This document shows positions 36,040-42,263 of a DNA stretch of 42,263 nucleotides, piece after piece. The stretch comes from Paraphysomonas bandaiensis (Eukaryota; Protista; Chrysophyceae): positions 1-42,263 of the forward strand of contig CBFFRP010000225.1 in assembly GCA_965644295.1 (NCBI GenBank). Direction: 5' to 3'. Both the position numbers and the translations under genes were made by a program. Position 1 is the stretch's first letter, and every line of letters begins with the position of its first letter. A model generated the notes under the pieces. It ran no database searches. It was given only the letters and a program-made list of their open reading frames with translations, and had not been told where the DNA came from.

Positions 36040-37128
36040 GTGTTCAACACCATTCATTTACTACTATAGTCTACAAACCACACACTCAGTGATCGTATCC
36101 TGTATAGTCACCCACTTCTACTTCAGTTTCATACTACACAATATAATGTACTAATTACATATATATCTTTCGATCCTTGCATCTCACATAATACTGCACT
36201 CAATTGCAAGTATATAGAATCTTCAGATCTCAACACTCCCCCTCAATTGAGTGTTGTACTATGACGCCTCCCAGCTATTGAATGCCTGAGATAAAAAAAT
36301 TCTTGACAGTAAAATAGACTCATCTCTAAGTCTAAACCTCTGTCTAAAAAACTCAGTACCTACTTGCGTCTTCTTTTATCCCTTGGTCCCTCATTAATCA
36401 CTTCAGTGGAACTCTTAGTTTTCTCTCCAAGATTTCTCTTTCTCTGCTCCATATATGATAAACCAACCAATGACTTTGTATAAATATCTGCTGCTTGTTG
36501 CGATGTATGCACATGCACTAACTTAATCGTATTGAACTGATTGGGATCCACGTGCTCTCTCACCATGTGATACTTAATCTCAATGTGCTTCGACTTCTTG
36601 TGAAACACTGGGTTTTCGGCCAAATCCTGGGCACTCTGACTGTCGATGAAGAATGGTGTGGGTTTGATGAGCCTCAACTTAATCTCACCCGTCACCCCCC
36701 GAACCCATAGCACTTCTTGGAGACCCGCGTAAATACACTGATACTCAGACTGCATGCTTGACGTTGCCACTGTCGTCTGCAGTTTGGACTGCCAGACTAT
36801 AGGCCCTCCCGCTGCAAACCCAACGTACCCCGACGTGGACTTCCTGGAGAGCTGGTCTCCCGCCCAATCCGCGTCAGTAAACATATGGAAGTCGAACCGT
36901 CTACTCCCATATTGAATCCCTTTGTCAATAGAACCACGAATATATTGCCATACGTGTGTTAATAGCTTGCATACTTCAATATTCACCTTATTACTGAACC
37001 GAGACAGTACTCCCACTGCATAGGCAATATCCGGCCTCGTGTTCATCGATAGATATAGTAATGCACCTATCAGCGGCCGATATGGGAAGTTATCTACTAT
37101 AAGCTGTTCCTCCTCGGTATGCTCATGC
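36040..37128 (-). mobile_element. Ty1/copia remnant: RT C-terminus, RNase H, PPT and 3' LTR (left LTR boundary approximate), interrupted at 37128
   Basis: FPYRPLIGALLYLSMNTRPDIAYAV, FTDADWAG..RKSTSG, IDSQSA, KHIEIKYH, ADIYTK; minus-strand PPT GAGGGGGAG (36236-36244) followed by TGTTG at 36235. Confidence 0.92.
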
Positions 37129-38549
37129 TGTAACGCCTTGGCGTTAACTGTTCTTCCTGGGCATGTGATTGCTAGCTATGGTTGGGAGCAAGCTGCATTT
37201 ATCTGGGCTACGCTAGGAAGAGTGAGACCTCTTGCTTGTGATACATATTGTGTATATTATTATATGTATGCTTGCATGTACACAACACTATGCCTTGCAC
37301 TGCATGTCATCATTGTATTGATATCGCATTGTATGCACTCACATTTATTACTATATCACTCACACCACACCACACTATACACATTGCATACATACTACAC
37401 TTCACACTTATATCTCTATGCTGTGTTGGTATTAATTCTTCTCTAGCTGCAGATAGAGGGAATTAGATATCAATATAGTGCATTAACATTCATCTATACC
37501 TTCCGATATCTCTATATGTATGTGTATTACTATCTATATCCATCATCACACTCTTAACACCTTGCATACTGTATGGCATATAGTACATGTGCTTGTATAA
37601 GATCCAAGTCTTGTCATAAGCACGATCTGCATGTATACATGACATGAATATGACGTATGTATGGTATATGTACACATTGTATCACCTGAGGGTCCATTCA
37701 TCTTGTCATGAGGCCATTGGTACTCTCTGTGTGGTCTTCATATTCCTGTGGAGCGCAGTGGACTCTAACTTCTCGTGTTCATGATGTTTGGAGCCGTGAC
37801 TTGCGTCAGACGTCTGTCATTATGGACTTGACTAGGGTGCCAAGTGTCATCGTCTATCTCTTACTGGTTATGGAGCGTTGGCATGTATCTACAATGAGCG
37901 TTAAGAGCATCATCCTCTTCAGTCTCTTCTCAACTGTTGTTTTTATCGTATGCTGTATTTACTGTATTTGCTGTATACTCCTGGATGCTACTCGGGTATG
38001 CGGGATGTATATGACCTTGTACTCCTCTGTATATACGATTGTATAATGCTGTATATGATTCTGAGTATACAGTATTGTGCTGTTGTATATTTGTATATGG
38101 TCTATAGTACAGTGATGGTATATTGTTGAGTACAAGGATATGATTGGACAATATTCTCATTTTGGTGTGCTGGAGACTCTGTTGGTTGGAGTTGGTCTTC
38201 ATAGCATTCTACGGGAGTGTTCCAGAAAACTGATATGTCCACATAATCAACCAAATCTTGTACAATCTTTTGTAGAATATTGTTCTAGATGTTATTGTGT
38301 GTTTCTAGATAGCTTGTAGAACATGAGTGGTTCTTTGTGAGTTGTTTTGTGTTCTGCTTGCTGTTCAGATTTATGTTAGAGTGCCTTACACCTTAACACG
38401 TAGTTAGAGGTGTCTAATTATAAGAGCTTGGGGGTGCCTGAGCTGTTGTAAGGCTTAATAACAAACATATTCCTCTTCTTCTTTTCCTTTCTTCTTTCTT
38501 ACATTTCCTTATTATTCATATATAGTGGCTGCACCCGGTGTTATACCTC
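37129..38549 (+). repeat. 1421-bp LTR copy A, inserted into the copia RT
   Basis: Begins TGTAACGCC exactly where the copia frame is cut; reverse complement of 38569-39989. Confidence 0.88.
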
Positions 38550-38568
38550 GGGTTTGGTTAAAGTAAAT

Positions 38569-41500
38569 GAGGTATAACACCGGGTGCAGCCACTATATAT
38601 GAATAATAAGGAAATGTAAGAAAGAAGAAAGGAAAAGAAGAAGAGGAATATGTTTGTTATTAAGCCTTACAACAGCTCAGGCACCCCCAAGCTCTTATAA
38701 TTAGACACCTCTAACTACGTGTTAAGGTGTAAGGCACTCTAACATAAATCTGAACAGCAAGCAGAACACAAAACAACTCACAAAGAACCACTCATGTTCT
38801 ACAAGCTATCTAGAAACACACAATAACATCTAGAACAATATTCTACAAAAGATTGTACAAGATTTGGTTGATTATGTGGACATATCAGTTTTCTGGAACA
38901 CTCCCGTAGAATGCTATGAAGACCAACTCCAACCAACAGAGTCTCCAGCACACCAAAATGAGAATATTGTCCAATCATATCCTTGTACTCAACAATATAC
39001 CATCACTGTACTATAGACCATATACAAATATACAACAGCACAATACTGTATACTCAGAATCATATACAGCATTATACAATCGTATATACAGAGGAGTACA
39101 AGGTCATATACATCCCGCATACCCGAGTAGCATCCAGGAGTATACAGCAAATACAGTAAATACAGCATACGATAAAAACAACAGTTGAGAAGAGACTGAA
39201 GAGGATGATGCTCTTAACGCTCATTGTAGATACATGCCAACGCTCCATAACCAGTAAGAGATAGACGATGACACTTGGCACCCTAGTCAAGTCCATAATG
39301 ACAGACGTCTGACGCAAGTCACGGCTCCAAACATCATGAACACGAGAAGTTAGAGTCCACTGCGCTCCACAGGAATATGAAGACCACACAGAGAGTACCA
39401 ATGGCCTCATGACAAGATGAATGGACCCTCAGGTGATACAATGTGTACATATACCATACATACGTCATATTCATGTCATGTATACATGCAGATCGTGCTT
39501 ATGACAAGACTTGGATCTTATACAAGCACATGTACTATATGCCATACAGTATGCAAGGTGTTAAGAGTGTGATGATGGATATAGATAGTAATACACATAC
39601 ATATAGAGATATCGGAAGGTATAGATGAATGTTAATGCACTATATTGATATCTAATTCCCTCTATCTGCAGCTAGAGAAGAATTAATACCAACACAGCAT
39701 AGAGATATAAGTGTGAAGTGTAGTATGTATGCAATGTGTATAGTGTGGTGTGGTGTGAGTGATATAGTAATAAATGTGAGTGCATACAATGCGATATCAA
39801 TACAATGATGACATGCAGTGCAAGGCATAGTGTTGTGTACATGCAAGCATACATATAATAATATACACAATATGTATCACAAGCAAGAGGTCTCACTCTT
39901 CCTAGCGTAGCCCAGATAAATGCAGCTTGCTCCCAACCATAGCTAGCAATCACATGCCCAGGAAGAACAGTTAACGCCAAGGCGTTACACTACCATTTCT
40001 CACTCTCTCACACTTCCAAAGCAGACATACTATAGTTTTGCAGCCCCGCTGCACATTACCCTCTCTCTCACCTCTCTTTCTCATAGTGGTTCTCAATATG
40101 AACAAGTCCATAGGACTCTCACACAAGAATTCCAAATGACAAGTCAAGCAAAATCTCGTCTTGATGAATCTTCTAGTAGAAAATGCTTCATGATGCCACA
40201 TGCTCCCGATCTCCTCTTCATGATATCTGTTGAAAATCTCTAGCTACTCAGACTCAGTAGGTGATGCACGCACTGCAATGTAGGGGATTCCGAAGTGCGA
40301 GAGTCATTGCTCCATGCACACCAAAATTCAGAGCCAGTCCGCCAAAGTTGCATCTAGAGGCTTTGTAACAGCCCAAATTGTGAATCAACACTCTAGTCTG
40401 ACCCAAAGTGGCGGCCCAGGACCATGTTCCTCAAAAATTGCCATCACCCAAGTATAAGGCCGGATAAATCCTGGAATATTCTGGAAGTCACCCATTATTC
40501 CCTGTGCAGGGTCGGGGAGGAAAGACTTCTTAGTTAGGACCAAGCTGGACTTCCCGGGACTGGAACAAATTATCTCACGTTGAGAGGACCGGAGCTGCTG
40601 TACCCCATGAACTCGGACGTCGATAGGAAGCCAGTTTGCATCAGCATTGGTGGTCTCTGTCCCTGGAATTGACACTCGCGAGACTGCATTGCCATCCTCC
40701 TGAACCATAGATGCCTTAGGTTCCATACCAAGCTCCTGCTGAGATGAAGCACAGTCTTCTTGTTTGTGGTCAGCCGCTTCCGTGGTAGTAATCTCAGGAC
40801 AGGAAACAGGCGCATCTGAGGGGTTCTCCAGCATCTGTTCAGATTTTTGAAGCACCTCCAGAATCTGTCCAACAAACTGCTGCTCAAGTTGACTGATCAT
40901 GTCTAGAGTTTTCTGACTCATCTCCTGAATGTGCTGTTCCATTCTTCGCTCGTATCTGTCAAAAATCTCCTCCACATCCTTAGAGAACGTAGTTCTGCTG
41001 GCCAGTTCCATGTGACGGGGACTATTATATTAACTTGACGTAGATATATCCTTCCAACAATGTTATCAAAATCTGCAGATTTAGAAGCTGCTTTTCGCTA
41101 GTAAATTTACTATAGCTAACCCGAGGTATAACACCGGGTGCAGCCACTATATATGAATAATAAGGAAATGTAAGAAAGAAGAAAGGAAAAGAAGAAGAGG
41201 AATATGTTTGTTATTAAGCCTTACAACAGCTCAGGCACCCCCAAGCTCTTATAATTAGACACCTCTAACTACGTGTTAAGGTGTAAGGCACTCTAACATA
41301 AATCTGAACAGCAAGCAGAACACAAAACAACTCACAAAGAACCACTCATGTTCTACAAGCTATCTAGAAACACACAATAACATCTAGAACAATATTCTAC
41401 AAAAGATTGTACAAGATTTGGTTGATTATGTGGACATATCAGTTTTCTGGAACACTCCCGTAGAATGCTATGAAGACCAACTCCAACCAACAGAGTCTCC

Positions 41501-42263
41501 AGCACACCAAAATGAGAATATTGTCCAATCATATCCTTGTACTCAACAATATACCATCACTGTACTATAGACCATATACAAATATACAACAGCACAATAC
41601 TGTATACTCAGAATCATATACAGCATTATACAATCGTATATACAGAGGAGTACAAGGTCATATACATCCCGCATACCCGAGTAGCATCCAGGAGTATACA
41701 GCAAATACAGTAAATACAGCATACGATAAAAACAACAGTTGAGAAGAGACTGAAGAGGATGATGCTCTTAACGCTCATTGTAGATACATGCCAACGCTCC
41801 ATAACCAGTAAGAGATAGACGATGACACTTGGCACCCTAGTCAAGTCCATAATGACAGACGTCTGACGCAAGTCACGGCTCCAAACATCATGAACACGAG
41901 AAGTTAGAGTCCACTGCGCTCCACAGGAATATGAAGACCACACAGAGAGTACCAATGGCCTCATGACAAGATGAATGGACCCTCAGGTGATACAATGTGT
42001 ACATATACCATACATACGTCATATTCATGTCATGTATACATGCAGATCGTGCTTATGACAAGACTTGGATCTTATACAAGCACATGTACTATATGCCATA
42101 CAGTATGCAAGGTGTTAAGAGTGTGATGATGGATATAGATAGTAATACACATACATATAGAGATATCGGAAGGTATAGATGAATGTTAATGCACTATATT
42201 GATATCTAATTCCCTCTATCTGCAGCTAGAGAAGAATTAATACCAACACAGCATAGAGATATA
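38569..42263 (-). mobile_element. Non-autonomous LTR retroelement (LARD-like): 3' LTR 38569-39989, internal region 39990-41122, 5' LTR 41123 to beyond the window end
   Basis: Direct repeats offset by 2554 bp with identical translated ORFs; minus-strand purine tract GAGAGAGTGAGAAATGGTAG immediately before TGTAAC; no pol domains inside. Confidence 0.85.
40385..41011 (-). CDS. 208-aa ORF of unknown function inside the LARD-like element, with a coiled-coil-like N-terminus
   Basis: Open ORF with ATG ~110 nt downstream of the 5' LTR, in gag position; E/Q-rich helical N-terminus; no recognisable capsid or zinc-knuckle motif. Confidence 0.5.
   Translation of the reverse strand: MELASRTTFSKDVEEIFDRYERRMEQHIQEMSQKTLDMISQLEQQFVGQILEVLQKSEQMLENPSDAPVSCPEITTTEAADHKQEDCASSQQELGMEPKASMVQEDGNAVSRVSIPGTETTNADANWLPIDVRVHGVQQLRSSQREIICSSPGKSSLVLTKKSFLPDPAQGIMGDFQNIPGFIRPYTWVMAIFEEHGPGPPLWVRLEC

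Noticed and set aside
37129-39989. Simple fold-back assembly artefact
   Set aside because: Disfavoured because the arms stop precisely at LTR termini with different biological flanks; not fully excluded without reads.
37248-42182. Repeated short ORFs (MKTNSNQQ, MRPLVLSV, MYIYHTY)
   Set aside because: They recur only because they lie inside the three LTR copies, and they have no protein-like features.

Overview
Eukaryotic, transposon-rich genomic window. The short GT-AG introns and the gene and TE types suggest a protist, possibly a stramenopile (inference only). Four host genes: a GDS/DxxH PC-esterase/TBL-like protein (-), a 10-exon 6-phosphofructo-2-kinase/fructose-2,6-bisphosphatase (+), a TMEM181/Wntless-like membrane domain fused to a class 3 lipase (-), and an intronless SLC35B2/PAPST1-like transporter (+). 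Mobile DNA: (1) a Ty3/gypsy element whose pol frame is reached through a single in-frame UGA-CUAG stop and whose RT has IFDN in place of YxDD; (2) a 4.5 kb head-to-tail mosaic of 3' ends of a poly(A)-less non-LTR retrotransposon family, sharing a C-terminal KGRPPD peptide and a covarying ~50-nt 3'-UTR RNA structure (5 copies); (3) two related non-autonomous hAT elements with 8-bp TSDs, one carrying a nested LINE with a 14-bp TSD; (4) a decayed MULE; (5) a 2.56 kb foldback with 1029-bp arms; (6) an internal LINE RT/RNase H fragment; (7) a Ty1/copia remnant interrupted by three apparently identical 1.42 kb LTRs, two of which form a 2.86 kb palindrome with a 19-bp spacer. All coordinates and alignments were read by eye.
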